63,173 nt of DNA from Alphaproteobacteria bacterium (lineage in GTDB: Bacteria > Pseudomonadota > Alphaproteobacteria > RF32 > CAG-239): positions 1 through 63,173 of the forward strand of contig JAFUYI010000006.1 in NCBI GenBank assembly GCA_017470585.1. The letters are read 5' to 3'. This document shows, in pieces, positions 15,841 through 26,834 of this stretch. The position numbers and the translations under genes were made by a program. Positions within the stretch are counted from its first letter, which is position 1. Each line of letters opens with the position of its first letter. The notes beneath the pieces were generated by a model, which saw nothing but the letters and a program-made list of their open reading frames with translations, was not told where the DNA came from and made no database searches.

Positions 15841-17679
15841 CTAAAAAGTTTTCAGCAAATACTCGCTTACCGCGCTGACGTAAAATGCCGGATCGCTTAT
15901 CGGTTCGCCCTCGGCAATTTTGGCTTGGTCAAGCAATATCTTGGCGATTTTGGCAATTTCTTCCTTGTTCTTTTCGTCCTCCATTGCCTCGCTCATCTTG
16001 ATAATTAACGGATGATAGGGGTTTACTTCCAAAATGCGGTTGGAATTAAAGGCGGTTTGTTGCTGATGATTGCGCATCAAACGTTCAAGATGAATGCTCA
16101 TCTGCCCGCTTTCAACATTTAAGGCAACAGGAGCGGAAGTCAGTTTTTCGGTTGGTTGAACCTTGCCGAGTTCATCTTTGAATAATTCGCCCATAAAATT
16201 AAGGAGTTTATCAAAACTGCCCTCATCGGCCTTTGCCCCATCGCGGGTTATTTGCCAATTTTCATCGGCTTGGGAAATATGTTTAATCGGTTTTCCCTTA
16301 TAATTAGCTAAAGTCTGTGTCCAAAACTCATCAATCGGATCGATCAACAGCAAGACTTCGCGACCGTTTTTCTTAAAAATTTCCAACTGCGGATTATTGC
16401 TTAAAACTTTGACATCATCTCCGGTGATATAGTAAACGGCGTTTTGGTCTTTCGGCATACGTTTGATATAATCATCCAAAGAGGTTAGCTTGTTTTCATC
16501 GTTTGTGGAATAAAACAAAGAAAGTCCGGCGATTTCTGCGCGGTTGGAATAGTCTTCATAAATTCCCTCTTTGAACGCTGTGCCGAAATTCTGCCAGAAC
16601 TTTAGGTAATCTTCATAGTTTTCCATACGTTTTTTCAAATCTTTCAGGAGCCTTCCGACAATACCGTTGCGGATTTTAGCAATAAGGGCATTTTGCTGCA
16701 GCATTTCCCGCGAGATATTAAGCGGCAAATCAGAAGAATCAACGATTCCCTTAACAAAACGTAAGTAATTGGGCATTAAATCTTCAACCTTATCGGAAAT
16801 AAACACCCTGTTTACATAGAGTTTTAAGCTTTGCTTGCGGTCGGGCTGGAAAAGATCATAAGGCTGTGTGGAGGGAATAAACAATAAAGAAGTATATTCC
16901 ATACTTCCCTCGGCCTTAAAGTGCAGGGTCAGCCACGGATCGTCAAAATTATGCGAAATGTGTTGATAAAAATCTTTATACTGCTCGGGGGTTATTTCGC
17001 TTTTGTTTTTGACCCACAATGCCGAAGCGGTATTAACAACCTCTCTTCCCGCCTCGCCTAAATCAAGCTCAATGGGATAGTTGATATGATCGGAATAAGT
17101 GCGAATAAGGTGACGCAGATAAATCGTATCGGTAAAGTTTTTATCTTCAGGTTTGAGATAAAGTTTAATCTCAAACCCGATGGATTCTTTTTGGTCAGGC
17201 TCAATTTCAAAACCGTCAACACCGTTTGAAATCCACTTATAAGCTTCTTCTTCGCCGGCTTTTTTGGTGATAATTTCCACCTTGTCGGCAACCATAAACG
17301 CCGAGTAAAACCCAACTCCGAACTGCCCGATTAAATCGGCAGCCGCGCCGTTTTCTTTCATATTGGCAATAAAATCCGAAGTGCCGGACTTGGCAATTAC
17401 GCCCAAGTGATTGATAAGATCATCTTTGTTCATCCCGATTCCGTTGTCGCTGACGGTTAAGGTATTGTTTTTTTCATCGGGTGTTACGGTTATTTTAAGC
17501 TCACCGTTATTTACGGCAATATCCGGTTTGGTAAGCATTAAATATTTTAACTTATCGCAGGCATCCGAAGCGTTGGAAATCAATTCCCGCAGAAAAATAT
17601 ATTTTTCCGAGTAAAGCGAGTTAACCACAATGTTTAACATCTTATTGACTTCGGCCTGAAAGCTCATTTTTTCGCTCAT
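15841..17679 (-). CDS. htpG: Molecular chaperone HtpG (Hsp90)
   Basis: FQAEVNKMLNIVVNSLYSEKYIFLRELISNASDACDK. RBS AAGGAGAG. Confidence 0.97.
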   Translation of the reverse strand: MSEKMSFQAEVNKMLNIVVNSLYSEKYIFLRELISNASDACDKLKYLMLTKPDIAVNNGELKITVTPDEKNNTLTVSDNGIGMNKDDLINHLGVIAKSGTSDFIANMKENGAAADLIGQFGVGFYSAFMVADKVEIITKKAGEEEAYKWISNGVDGFEIEPDQKESIGFEIKLYLKPEDKNFTDTIYLRHLIRTYSDHINYPIELDLGEAGREVVNTASALWVKNKSEITPEQYKDFYQHISHNFDDPWLTLHFKAEGSMEYTSLLFIPSTQPYDLFQPDRKQSLKLYVNRVFISDKVEDLMPNYLRFVKGIVDSSDLPLNISREMLQQNALIAKIRNGIVGRLLKDLKKRMENYEDYLKFWQNFGTAFKEGIYEDYSNRAEIAGLSLFYSTNDENKLTSLDDYIKRMPKDQNAVYYITGDDVKVLSNNPQLEIFKKNGREVLLLIDPIDEFWTQTLANYKGKPIKHISQADENWQITRDGAKADEGSFDKLLNFMGELFKDELGKVQPTEKLTSAPVALNVESGQMSIHLERLMRNHQQQTAFNSNRILEVNPYHPLIIKMSEAMEDEKNKEEIAKIAKILLDQAKIAEGEPISDPAFYVSAVSEYLLKTF

Positions 17680-17821
17680 TTATCTCTCCTTATGCAGATT
17701 TTTTTAATATATGGGATTTTTAAAACGCAATCGCAAGTGCGTTTTGTAATTTTTTACTTGATTTTATCTTAAATATGGTTAGATTGAGGGCTGAATAATA
17801 ATCTTATAGAGGAGATAAACC

Positions 17822-18061
17822 ATGGTTTCTGTCGTTAATGACAACTGCATTAAATGCAAATCTTGCGCTGACGTATGTCCGGTTGACGCTTTCCACGAAG
17901 GCGAAACCCAATTGGTAGTTGATCCGGATACCTGCATCAGCTGCGGCGTTTGCATTTCCGAATGCCCGCAAGAAGCAATCAGCCCCGAAGAAGAGGCCGA
18001 TCCGCATTGGGTTGCGTTTAATGCCGAGAATGCCAAAAAATGGCCGAACGCTAACGAATAA
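17822..18061 (+). CDS. 2x[4Fe-4S] ferredoxin
   Basis: 79 aa. [12 protein letters not shown] and [12 protein letters not shown] motifs. Confidence 0.93.
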   Translation: MVSVVNDNCIKCKSCADVCPVDAFHEGETQLVVDPDTCISCGVCISECPQEAISPEEEADPHWVAFNAENAKKWPNANE

Positions 18062-18065
18062 AAAC

Positions 18066-18091
18066 AAGGGAGGATATTTCCTCCCTTTTTT
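18066..18091 (+). terminator. Intrinsic terminator of the ferredoxin gene
   Basis: AAGGGAGG-ATATTT-CCTCCCTT followed by TTTTG. Confidence 0.8.
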
Positions 18092-18130
18092 GTTATACTA
18101 AAAAAATAAATATTTTTTATAACTTTTTGC

Positions 18131-18402
18131 TTGATTGACAATAAAACCTATGATATAGTTACTTTGAAACAGGGAAATCCTGTTTTGGGGTGTGATGACC
18201 TCGCAATTGACGTTTATAAAGAAAAACGTAAAAATTCTTCCTGCTATAAAATGGCCGGAAGGTCGGGAAATAGGGGATAACCTAATACTCGGCACTGGTT
18301 CAATTGTCAGTCATCAACTTCCGACCACCTCTAGGGTTTATGCCTCAAAAGGTGGTTTTCTTTTAATGTTAACAAAAAAGAATTATAAAGGAAGTAAGAA
18401 AG
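18131..18402 (+). promoter_or_regulatory. Promoter and structured 5' leader, copy L3 (controls P3)
   Basis: -35 TTGATT 18131-36, 17 nt, -10 TATAGT 18154-59. P0 is AAACAGG/CCTGTTT. P1 arms TGATGAC..CAATTGA pair with TCAATTG..GTCATCA. P2 is ACGTTT/AAACGT. Confidence 0.75.
18324..18364 (+). terminator. Intrinsic terminator (attenuator) inside leader L3
   Basis: ACCACCT/AGGTGGT stem followed by TTTTCTTTT. The loop sequence is identical to that of L7. Confidence 0.7.
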
Positions 18403-18924
18403 ATGAACAAATATATTTTAATGATAGGTCTTGCAAGCGTTGCCCTTGGCTCGTATTGTGCGTATGCGGGAAATTCGGCAACAATGACCGTTACCGCCAC
18501 GATTGCCCACGACGTGAGCTTGAGTGTTACGCAAGATTTAGACCTTGGCACCATTACCATCAATCCGGCATTTGACGGAGCAGCTACAGTGTGGCATTAC
18601 AGAGCTTCGGGAGTAATTAGTTTCGATCCTCAAGGAGCTATCGTATCGGCAGGAAACGCAACAGTTGGCACTTTTACTGCTAATATTCCTAATCCGGCCG
18701 ATTGTGATGGAACTGCTGACTGCGGAGGATTGAGTGTTGATGATACTATTGGCAATTTCTTCGGCGGAAGTGATTATACTAATAATTGTGACTTTCAAAT
18801 TCAATACAGCGGATCAGCTAATACATTTAAGGTTTATCCTGATGTTTGCTATATAGGCGATATATCCAAAGTCACTACCGGCACGCATTCGCATACTTTA
18901 ACCATCTCTTACAATCCGGAATAA
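18403..18924 (+). CDS. Secreted DUF4402-like protein, paralog P3
   Basis: 173 aa. Same N-terminal strand, GTITINP, CDGTADCGGL, ..HTLTISYNPE. Confidence 0.92.
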   Translation: MNKYILMIGLASVALGSYCAYAGNSATMTVTATIAHDVSLSVTQDLDLGTITINPAFDGAATVWHYRASGVISFDPQGAIVSAGNATVGTFTANIPNPADCDGTADCGGLSVDDTIGNFFGGSDYTNNCDFQIQYSGSANTFKVYPDVCYIGDISKVTTGTHSHTLTISYNPE

Positions 18925-18987
18925 AAATAAAGATAAAAAATAAACTTCCTGTAACGATGAACAGCCGGCGGGATTCGCCGGCTGTTC
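18893..18987. repeat. Left arm of the ~95-bp inverted repeat (P3 3' end plus terminator hairpin 18957-18989)
   Basis: Near-identical to the reverse complement of 20813-20907. The two arms differ mainly in the hairpin loop. Confidence 0.85.
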
Positions 18988-19008
18988 ATTTTTGGTAAAG
19001 CAAACTTT

Positions 19009-20118
<1,110 letters not shown>

Positions 20119-20252
20119 TTATGAAACGCATTATGCCAAAAAGAAGTTACAAAAACATTAACGCCGCCAACGAAAATTAAGCTCAAAATGTATTGACAAA
20201 GCACATAATTTGACTTATATTGTAATTACAATCTGATTGCGAAGAGGTGAAA

Positions 20253-20525
20253 ATGGTTAATTTAACAGTGAGAATAGACGAGAATTTGAAAGCCGATGCC
20301 GAAGCTGTATTGGCGCGTTTGGGTTTGACGGTATCAGATGCGGTGCGACTGTTTTTGGCACAAATCAGAAATACACGGAGCATACCTTTTGAACTGAAAG
20401 TTTATGACGAGCCAAACGAGAATTTGGAAAAAATTATAACTGAGGCGGAAAAAGAAAATAAAGCCGGCAAATTGCCATCTTTCAAATCGGTTGAAGATTT
20501 GGTCGGCTATTTAAATGAGAATTAA
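20253..20525 (+). CDS. Type II antitoxin, RelB/DinJ family
   Basis: MVNLTVRIDENLKADAEAVLARLGLTVSDAVRLFLAQI (ribbon-helix-helix). RBS GAAGAGG. Confidence 0.88.
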   Translation: MVNLTVRIDENLKADAEAVLARLGLTVSDAVRLFLAQIRNTRSIPFELKVYDEPNENLEKIITEAEKENKAGKLPSFKSVEDLVGYLNEN

Positions 20526-20802
20526 AATGTATGTACTAAAACCATCAACTCAATTTAAAAAGGATTATAAATTGTGCCAAAAGCGCGGCTGTAATATGGC
20601 TAAAATGCACGCCGTTTTTGAGATTTTATCATCAGGTAAGATGATTCCGGCGGAGTATCATGACCACCCTTTGGGCGGCAAATATAAAGGATACAGGGAT
20701 TTACATATTGAGCCTGATTGGGTGTTGATTTATAAAGTGGAAGGAAATAGTATTGTGTTGCTGACTGCAACGGGAACGCATGCCGATTTATTCAAGAAAT
20801 AG
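20515..20802 (+). CDS. yafQ: Type II toxin, YafQ/RelE family mRNA interferase
   Basis: ..FKKDYKLCQKRG..YHDHPLGGKYKGYRDLHIEPDWVLIYK..GTHADLF. An alternative start is at 20527. Confidence 0.88.
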   Translation: MRIKMYVLKPSTQFKKDYKLCQKRGCNMAKMHAVFEILSSGKMIPAEYHDHPLGGKYKGYRDLHIEPDWVLIYKVEGNSIVLLTATGTHADLFKK

Positions 20803-20812
20803 TGCTAAAAAC

Positions 20813-20907
20813 GAACAGCCGGCGGAAAACGCCGGCTGTTCATCGTTACAGGAAGTTTATTTTTTATCTTTATTTTTATTCCGGACTGTAAGAGATGGTA
20901 AAAGTAT
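20813..20907. repeat. Right arm of the ~95-bp inverted repeat (terminator hairpin 20813-20841 plus P4 3' end)
   Basis: Reverse complement of 18893-18987. Confidence 0.85.
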
Positions 20908-21400
20908 ACGAACGCGAGCCGGGAGTGACTGTAGATGCATCTTCTATTATGCAACCATCAGGCATCACCTCAAAGCTATTTCCACTTCCGTATTTGTTGT
21001 AAATAGCAAACCAGCAATAATTGCTATTATCACTGCCAAAAATTTTAACCACGCCACCCTCCTCTAGCTGTAGTCCTCCGCACGACCAATTTGCCATATT
21101 GCAATCTTCCGGATTGGGGATATTGGCGGTAAAAGTACCGATGGTGGCATTATCTGCAGAAACAACTGCATATCCAGTGTCATAACTAGGCACACCCGCA
21201 TTATAATACCACTCTGTATCCGTTCCGGCATAAGCTGGGTTAATGGTAATTGTACCCATATTTATATCGCCGGTTTTGGTAAGGCTAACATCGTGGGCAA
21301 TTGTGGCGGTTACGGTCATTGTTGCCGAATTTCCGGCGTAGGCACAATAAGAACCAAGGGCAACCCCTGCAACACCGAGCATTAAAATATATTTGTTCAT
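20876..21400 (-). CDS. Secreted DUF4402-like protein, paralog P4
   Basis: 174 aa. Same N-terminal strand, GTITINP, CNMANWSCGGL, ..YTFTISYSPE. Confidence 0.92.
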   Translation of the reverse strand: MNKYILMLGVAGVALGSYCAYAGNSATMTVTATIAHDVSLTKTGDINMGTITINPAYAGTDTEWYYNAGVPSYDTGYAVVSADNATIGTFTANIPNPEDCNMANWSCGGLQLEEGGVVKIFGSDNSNYCWFAIYNKYGSGNSFEVMPDGCIIEDASTVTPGSRSYTFTISYSPE

Positions 21401-21670
21401 ATTCTTTACTTCCTTTATAATTTTCTTTTTCTGTTAACACTAAAAAGAAAACCACCTTTGGGCGTAAAACCCTGAAGGCGGTTGGAAGCTCAAAACTACT
21501 AACTGATGTAGTGCAAGGTATTCTTTATATTCCCCTGCCTTCCAACCATAAAGATCGGATATATACCGATTTACGTTTCGGTACAAACGTCAGTTACGAG
21601 GTTTTGAGACCTCAAAGCGGTTTTTCACTCGCTTCAAAGTCAATATAACATAAGTTTTATTGATTGGCAA
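21401..21670 (-). promoter_or_regulatory. Promoter and structured 5' leader, copy L5 (controls P4)
   Basis: On the minus strand: -35 TTGCCA (21665-70), 17 nt, -10 TATATT (21642-47). The leader starts at about 21635 (GAAGCGAGTG). P1 arms CTCAAAAC..TAACTGA pair with TCAGTTA..GTTTTGAG. There is an extra hairpin ATCGG/CCGAT. Confidence 0.75.
21442..21482 (-). terminator. Intrinsic terminator (attenuator) inside leader L5
   Basis: RNA ACCGCCT/AGGTGGT (one G-U pair) followed by TTTTCTTTTT. Confidence 0.65.
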
Positions 21671-21778
21671 GCAAAAAGTTATAAAAAAATTATAAAAATT
21701 AGCTCGTTGCCAAAAATATATATTGACAAATTTTGTCCAAAATGGTACCTTAAAACAGGTTTAACCTTGAGGTGCATT

Positions 21779-22732
21779 ATGAAAAAAACTTTATTGGGAT
21801 TGGCATTGCTTGCCGGATTAAGCACAGATACAAAAGCCGAAGAAATATTAAATGCGGGTTTGACATCCGATTCGCCTAAAACCGAGCAACGATCCGACAG
21901 TACGGTTTCGGTGTGCGGCAGTTATCAGGGAGTTAATTTTGAGGTTGACCGCAAAACACATAAAGTTTCTTTTCCATCACTTGATGATAAAAAGAAATTC
22001 AGCACATTGGTTGAGGATTTTGCCGCTCGCCGTCAAATGCCCGTAAAGGTGGCAAAAGATATTGCCGAACGCTTGGCGGCCGTGCAGATTATCAAAAAAT
22101 ACGCCGACCCGAAACAGACGCAGTTTGCGGCTTCCGATGAGGAATTTGCCAAACAGCTCACCAAAGATGCGCAATATATTAAAACCCATGGCGCACAAGC
22201 TTTTTATGACAATATTATGAGTAAAAAAAGCACAACCGTAGATTTTGAACAGGCAAGGCAGAACCTTGTGCATAACAAGACCTACCGCGCCTCGCCGTCG
22301 GTTTCCTATCAGGTTTCTGGGAAGGGTGAAGTAGTTATTCTTGATGCCCGTCCCGACGGGAGGGTCATTCAGTCCTTAATGCCCCATTATGAAAGAGAAA
22401 ATTCGGATAAGGTGTCCAAATATGGTATTTATATCGCCTATAAGGACGATAAAGGAATGTATCATTGCGGCGGCAGCATTGCCAGAACTGCAAATGCGGC
22501 GCATTTGGCTGAAACAGCGGCATTAAATAACCTTTATGTAACCGATGTTATCGCCTCTCATATTGCTTCCCGTCAAGCTCAAGGTGAAGTTTTAACCTCG
22601 GGCGAGGAGGCGGTTTTAAGACTCAATGCCCAACTTTTAAAAAAGCACGGCATTATGCACGATAAAAACGGTTCTCTTATTCGTACTCCGCAAAACACTT
22701 CCAAATCACGGCATAAAACACAAAGTTATTAA
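21779..22732 (+). CDS. Secreted hypothetical protein
   Basis: Signal peptide MKKTLLGLALLAGLSTDTKA. RBS GAGGTG. I recognise no family. Confidence 0.7.
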   Translation: MKKTLLGLALLAGLSTDTKAEEILNAGLTSDSPKTEQRSDSTVSVCGSYQGVNFEVDRKTHKVSFPSLDDKKKFSTLVEDFAARRQMPVKVAKDIAERLAAVQIIKKYADPKQTQFAASDEEFAKQLTKDAQYIKTHGAQAFYDNIMSKKSTTVDFEQARQNLVHNKTYRASPSVSYQVSGKGEVVILDARPDGRVIQSLMPHYERENSDKVSKYGIYIAYKDDKGMYHCGGSIARTANAAHLAETAALNNLYVTDVIASHIASRQAQGEVLTSGEEAVLRLNAQLLKKHGIMHDKNGSLIRTPQNTSKSRHKTQSY

Positions 22733-23083
22733 AAAACACGCACATTTTTAAAAATAGATGTTGTAATTTATTTTTAATTGTTATATCTTGCAGGGCGTTA
22801 TAAGCCGTTTGGTCGGCCTTGCCGGGTGGGTAAAGTGTTGAAAATATAGGCCTGCAAGCGTTGACCGCCGCCGTTTTTCATTGCGAAAAGCGTGCTTTGA
22901 GGCTTGTAACAATTGGTTTTTAAACCGGAGAGAATTTTGATTTTATATGAGAGAACCAAACAAATAAGTAAGCAATATCCGTTCTCTTTATAAAAAAGGA
23001 TTAAAATACCGCGGTATGACCGCAAGAAAAAATTCTGTCCGTATTTTAATACCGCGGATAATGCGGTTTACGGAGTTAGTAGT

Positions 23084-25495
23084 ATGACAAAAAGAATGTT
23101 GATTGACGATACCCAGCCGGAAGAAACAAGGGTTGTGGTGATGGACGGTGCCAAGATTGAAGATGTTGAGTTTGAATCGAGTTTTCGCCGTCAGATTAAG
23201 GGAAATATTTATCTTGCCAAAGTGATGAGGATTGAACCCTCACTGCAGGCCGCTTTTGTGGATTATGGCGGAAATCGTCACGGTTTTTTGGCTTTCGGGG
23301 AAATACATCCCGATTATTATAATGTTTCGGATGAGGTTTTGCACGCCTGCGAGCAGGAAGCAGACGAGATTATCGAAAATAAAAAGCAGATAGCAAAGGA
23401 ACGCGAGATTGAACGCACCCGCCGTGCGGAAGCAAGAGCCGCCCGCCGTGCCAAATATTTGGCGGAAATGGAGGCTCTCAAGCAAGAAGAGGACAAAAAG
23501 CAAGAAGCCGCGGCAGATGAGAACAAAGAAGAGCAAGCTCCGCTTAATGATGATACCTCATCTTCACAGGATGAGCTTGCCATTGAGGTTGTTTTGCCCG
23601 ATGCAACAAATGCTCCCGCACATCCTCGCCGCGGCAGAAGAGCCAAAAAAGCCCTTACGGAAGACAATGCAGAGGCAAAAGAAAATAAAGAAGCTCCCGT
23701 TTCGGAAGAAGAAAACGATGAAGCCAAAACACAAGAGCAGGCACCGCGCCGCGGGCGCAGGCGCAAAGCCCCCAAAACTTTAAGCGACAGCGAGGGAATA
23801 GAGGCAGGGGATACCATCAGCGATAATGATAAGATAAGCGATGAAATCCCCGAGAAAGAGGAAGTAAGCCGCGGCAATGCCAATGATGACGATATTGCGC
23901 TTGATGATGAAGATGAGGCGGATGAAGATTGGGAAGCCCAGAAAAAGCTTCTTACCATGCGCAAGCTTTTCCATTGCAGCCATATTCAGGAAGTAATCCG
24001 CGAAGGGCAGTTGATGTTGGTGCAGGTGGTTAAAGAAGAACGCGGCAATAAAGGGGCGGCATTGACCACTTATTTATCGCTTGCGGGCAGATATTGCGTT
24101 TTGATGCCCAACCGCATTAAAAGCGGCGGTGTATCGCGTAAAATCACCAATGCCCAAGACCGCAAACGTTTGAAAAACATTATCGGCGAACTGCCGATGG
24201 CTCAAGAAATGTCCATCATCGTCCGCACTGCCGGCGAAGAAAAGACCAAAGCCGATATTATCCGTGATTACAATTACTTAATCCGCACATGGAATCAAAT
24301 CCGCATAGACTCGCTTAAACTCAAAGCTCCGGCATTGATTTACGAAGAGGGTAACCTCATCAAACGCGCTCTGCGAGATATGTTTACCAAAGAGATTTCA
24401 GAAATTATAGTTGACGGTGAAAGTGCTTTCAAATCGGCGCGCAGTTTTATGAAAATTTTGTCGCCGCATAATATGAAAAAGCTGAAATCCTGTAAGCCGG
24501 GAGAAGCTCCGTTGTTTCAACGTTTCCAAGTTGAAAGCCAGCTTGATAAGCTCCATAATCCCAATGTTTCGCTTGCCTCCGGCGGTTATTTGGTCATTAA
24601 CCCGACCGAGGCTCTTGTGTCCATTGATGTAAACTCCGGACGCGCCACCAAGGAAAGCGACTTGGAGGAAACCGCGCTTAAAACCAATTTGGAAGCGGCG
24701 GATGAGATTGCCAGACAATTAAAAATGCGCAACCTCGCCGGACTTATCGTGATTGATTTTATTGATATGGAAGATCCGCACAATAATTTAGCGATTGAAA
24801 AGCGGATGAAAGAGGCAATGAAAAACGACCGCGCCCGTGTACAGATAAGCAAAATGAGCTGTTTCGGGTTGCTGGAAATTTCAAGACAACGTTTGCATTC
24901 TTCGTTTTTGGAGAGCAATTATTTGGTTTGCCCGCACTGCCACGGACGCGGAATTATCCGTACTTTAAGCTCGGGTGCCATGTCTATCCTGCGTGTTTTG
25001 GAAGAAGAGGGAATGCGCGGACGTTCTTCTGTTGTCAATATTTACATTCCGCAGGATTATGTTGCTTATTTATTGAATCAGAAGCGGCAAGCTTTAAGCG
25101 AAATTGAAAAACGCTATAATATGAGTATTATCATCAGTGCCGATCCGGCAATCAAAAATATTTCCGATTATCGGCTTGAACGCACCAAAAACACCAATTC
25201 CGGCGATGAGGATAAAACAACGGTTATCCGCAGTTATGAAGAGGAGGAAAGAGAGAATACCAAGCAGACAGAGCAGGATTTTGCCAAATCAGAGGAGGAA
25301 AACACATCTCCTGCCGAGCAAGAAGAGCATCACTATCGCCGCAAGGGACGGCGCAATCGTTTTGAACGTCGCCGCGGTCGCCGTGATTTTGAAGAAAAAA
25401 AACCGCAGGAAATAAAAGAAGAACCGCAAAACGAGCCTTTAGAAGAGCAACCGAAAAAGAAGGTGTCTTGGTGGAAAAGGCTTATCAACGGATAA
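23084..25495 (+). CDS. rne: Ribonuclease E
   Basis: MLIDDTQPEETRVVV..GNIYLAKVMRIEPSLQAAFVDYGGNRHGFL (S1 domain). A charged insert, then the catalytic core and Zn-link CPHCHGRG. Arg-rich C-terminus. Confidence 0.95.
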   Translation: MTKRMLIDDTQPEETRVVVMDGAKIEDVEFESSFRRQIKGNIYLAKVMRIEPSLQAAFVDYGGNRHGFLAFGEIHPDYYNVSDEVLHACEQEADEIIENKKQIAKEREIERTRRAEARAARRAKYLAEMEALKQEEDKKQEAAADENKEEQAPLNDDTSSSQDELAIEVVLPDATNAPAHPRRGRRAKKALTEDNAEAKENKEAPVSEEENDEAKTQEQAPRRGRRRKAPKTLSDSEGIEAGDTISDNDKISDEIPEKEEVSRGNANDDDIALDDEDEADEDWEAQKKLLTMRKLFHCSHIQEVIREGQLMLVQVVKEERGNKGAALTTYLSLAGRYCVLMPNRIKSGGVSRKITNAQDRKRLKNIIGELPMAQEMSIIVRTAGEEKTKADIIRDYNYLIRTWNQIRIDSLKLKAPALIYEEGNLIKRALRDMFTKEISEIIVDGESAFKSARSFMKILSPHNMKKLKSCKPGEAPLFQRFQVESQLDKLHNPNVSLASGGYLVINPTEALVSIDVNSGRATKESDLEETALKTNLEAADEIARQLKMRNLAGLIVIDFIDMEDPHNNLAIEKRMKEAMKNDRARVQISKMSCFGLLEISRQRLHSSFLESNYLVCPHCHGRGIIRTLSSGAMSILRVLEEEGMRGRSSVVNIYIPQDYVAYLLNQKRQALSEIEKRYNMSIIISADPAIKNISDYRLERTKNTNSGDEDKTTVIRSYEEEERENTKQTEQDFAKSEEENTSPAEQEEHHYRRKGRRNRFERRRGRRDFEEKKPQEIKEEPQNEPLEEQPKKKVSWWKRLING

Positions 25496-25506
25496 AATTT
25501 TTATTT

Positions 25507-26826
25507 ATGATTGCTTTGCTATGGGCGTTCATGCTGCCCATAGCATCGTCTTTTGCCTTATCATTGATTTCCGATGAGGAAACGGAAGTGTTTTTAGCTG
25601 AAACCGTGCGCCCTCTTTTTTTGGCGGCAGGGCTTTCTTTTGATACAAGACGGATTTTTATTGTCAATGACAAAGCCTTAAACGCGTTTGTCAGTGATGG
25701 CAATAATATGTTTGTAACCTCAGGAACCATAATGAACGCAGACAGCCAAAACGAGCTTATGGGAGTTTTGGCGCACGAAACCGGTCATATTGAGGGCGGA
25801 CATATCTTACGTCATAAAATCAAGACCAGAGAAGTCGAAACAATAAGCCTTGCTTCCATGCTTTTGGGCGGTGCGGCAGGATTGGCGGCAGGGCGCGCCG
25901 ATGTGAGTTTGGCGGCGATTTTGGGGGCGCAGGGGCAAGCGTATGCCAGCCTTTTATCCTATCAGGTAAGCGAAGAGCGCAGTGCCGACGAAGCGGCGGT
26001 GAAACTCTTAAAACAAGTCAATCAATCTCCGCGCGGACTTTTTAATTTTATGAAAAAAATCCAAAAACAAAATACTTTGCAGGGGATTGAGGAAAGCAGT
26101 TATTTTCGCACCCATCCGGTAACAAGCGAACGTCTGTCTTTTTTGGAAAAGGCAACCCGTGATTATAAAGGTAATCCCGCAGGCAGAGAAGAAAATGATT
26201 TTTTGCGCGTTAAGGCAAAATTGTATGCGTATATAAGTGAGCCTAAAAAAACTTTTATTAAATACAAAGAAAATGACACTTCGATTCCCGCCCGATATGC
26301 TCGGACAATCGCTCATTTTAAGCAACTGAAAATGAAAGAGGCTCTTGCTGACATTCAAGGGTTGATTGAAGAAGAACCGAACAATCCCTATTTCTGGGAA
26401 TTAAAAGGGCAGATGTTGCTTGAAACCTCGCGCATTGCTCCGGCAGTTGAGGCTTATCGGCAGGCTTTGAAATTGCATCCCGATTCGGCAATTTTCAAGC
26501 TTAATTTGGCGCAGGCATTGTTGGAAAACTCGCCTGATGAGGCAACTCAAGGACAGATTGTCAATCTTCTTAATCAAGTTTTGATATACAATCCGAACAG
26601 TTATGCGTGGATATTGCTTTCTCGGGCATACGGTCTGCAAAAAGATGCGGCGGGTTATAATTATGCGGCGGCGCAGGCAAGCTTTTTAAGCGGAGATTTA
26701 CGCTTGGCAAAAAAACAGCTTCAACAGGCACTGCAATCCTCACCCTCGCAGGCAATTCGTCTTAAAGCCGATGATCTTATGCAGCGTATATCGGATGAAG
26801 AGAAAAAATCTGCGCAATCCCGCTGA
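25507..26826 (+). CDS. M48 family metalloprotease with TPR repeats (BepA-like)
   Basis: HETGHIEGGH zinc motif and a C-terminal TPR-like region. The start is uncertain (TTG at 25468 or ATG at 25507). Confidence 0.85.
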   Translation: MIALLWAFMLPIASSFALSLISDEETEVFLAETVRPLFLAAGLSFDTRRIFIVNDKALNAFVSDGNNMFVTSGTIMNADSQNELMGVLAHETGHIEGGHILRHKIKTREVETISLASMLLGGAAGLAAGRADVSLAAILGAQGQAYASLLSYQVSEERSADEAAVKLLKQVNQSPRGLFNFMKKIQKQNTLQGIEESSYFRTHPVTSERLSFLEKATRDYKGNPAGREENDFLRVKAKLYAYISEPKKTFIKYKENDTSIPARYARTIAHFKQLKMKEALADIQGLIEEEPNNPYFWELKGQMLLETSRIAPAVEAYRQALKLHPDSAIFKLNLAQALLENSPDEATQGQIVNLLNQVLIYNPNSYAWILLSRAYGLQKDAAGYNYAAAQASFLSGDLRLAKKQLQQALQSSPSQAIRLKADDLMQRISDEEKKSAQSR

Positions 26827-26834
26827 TTTTTTAC

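Noticed and set aside
23317-23964. Long antisense or shadow ORFs inside well-supported genes. Examples are 23317-23964 in rne, 34121-34885 and 34882-35364 opposite rpsA, 47499-48392 opposite murB/murG, 40775-41248 opposite hslU, and 57773-58351 opposite the DUF4402-like gene.
   Set aside because: Each overlaps a gene with a clear family identity on the other strand. Their compositions are low-complexity (Ser/Ala/Leu-rich), as is typical of antisense frames.
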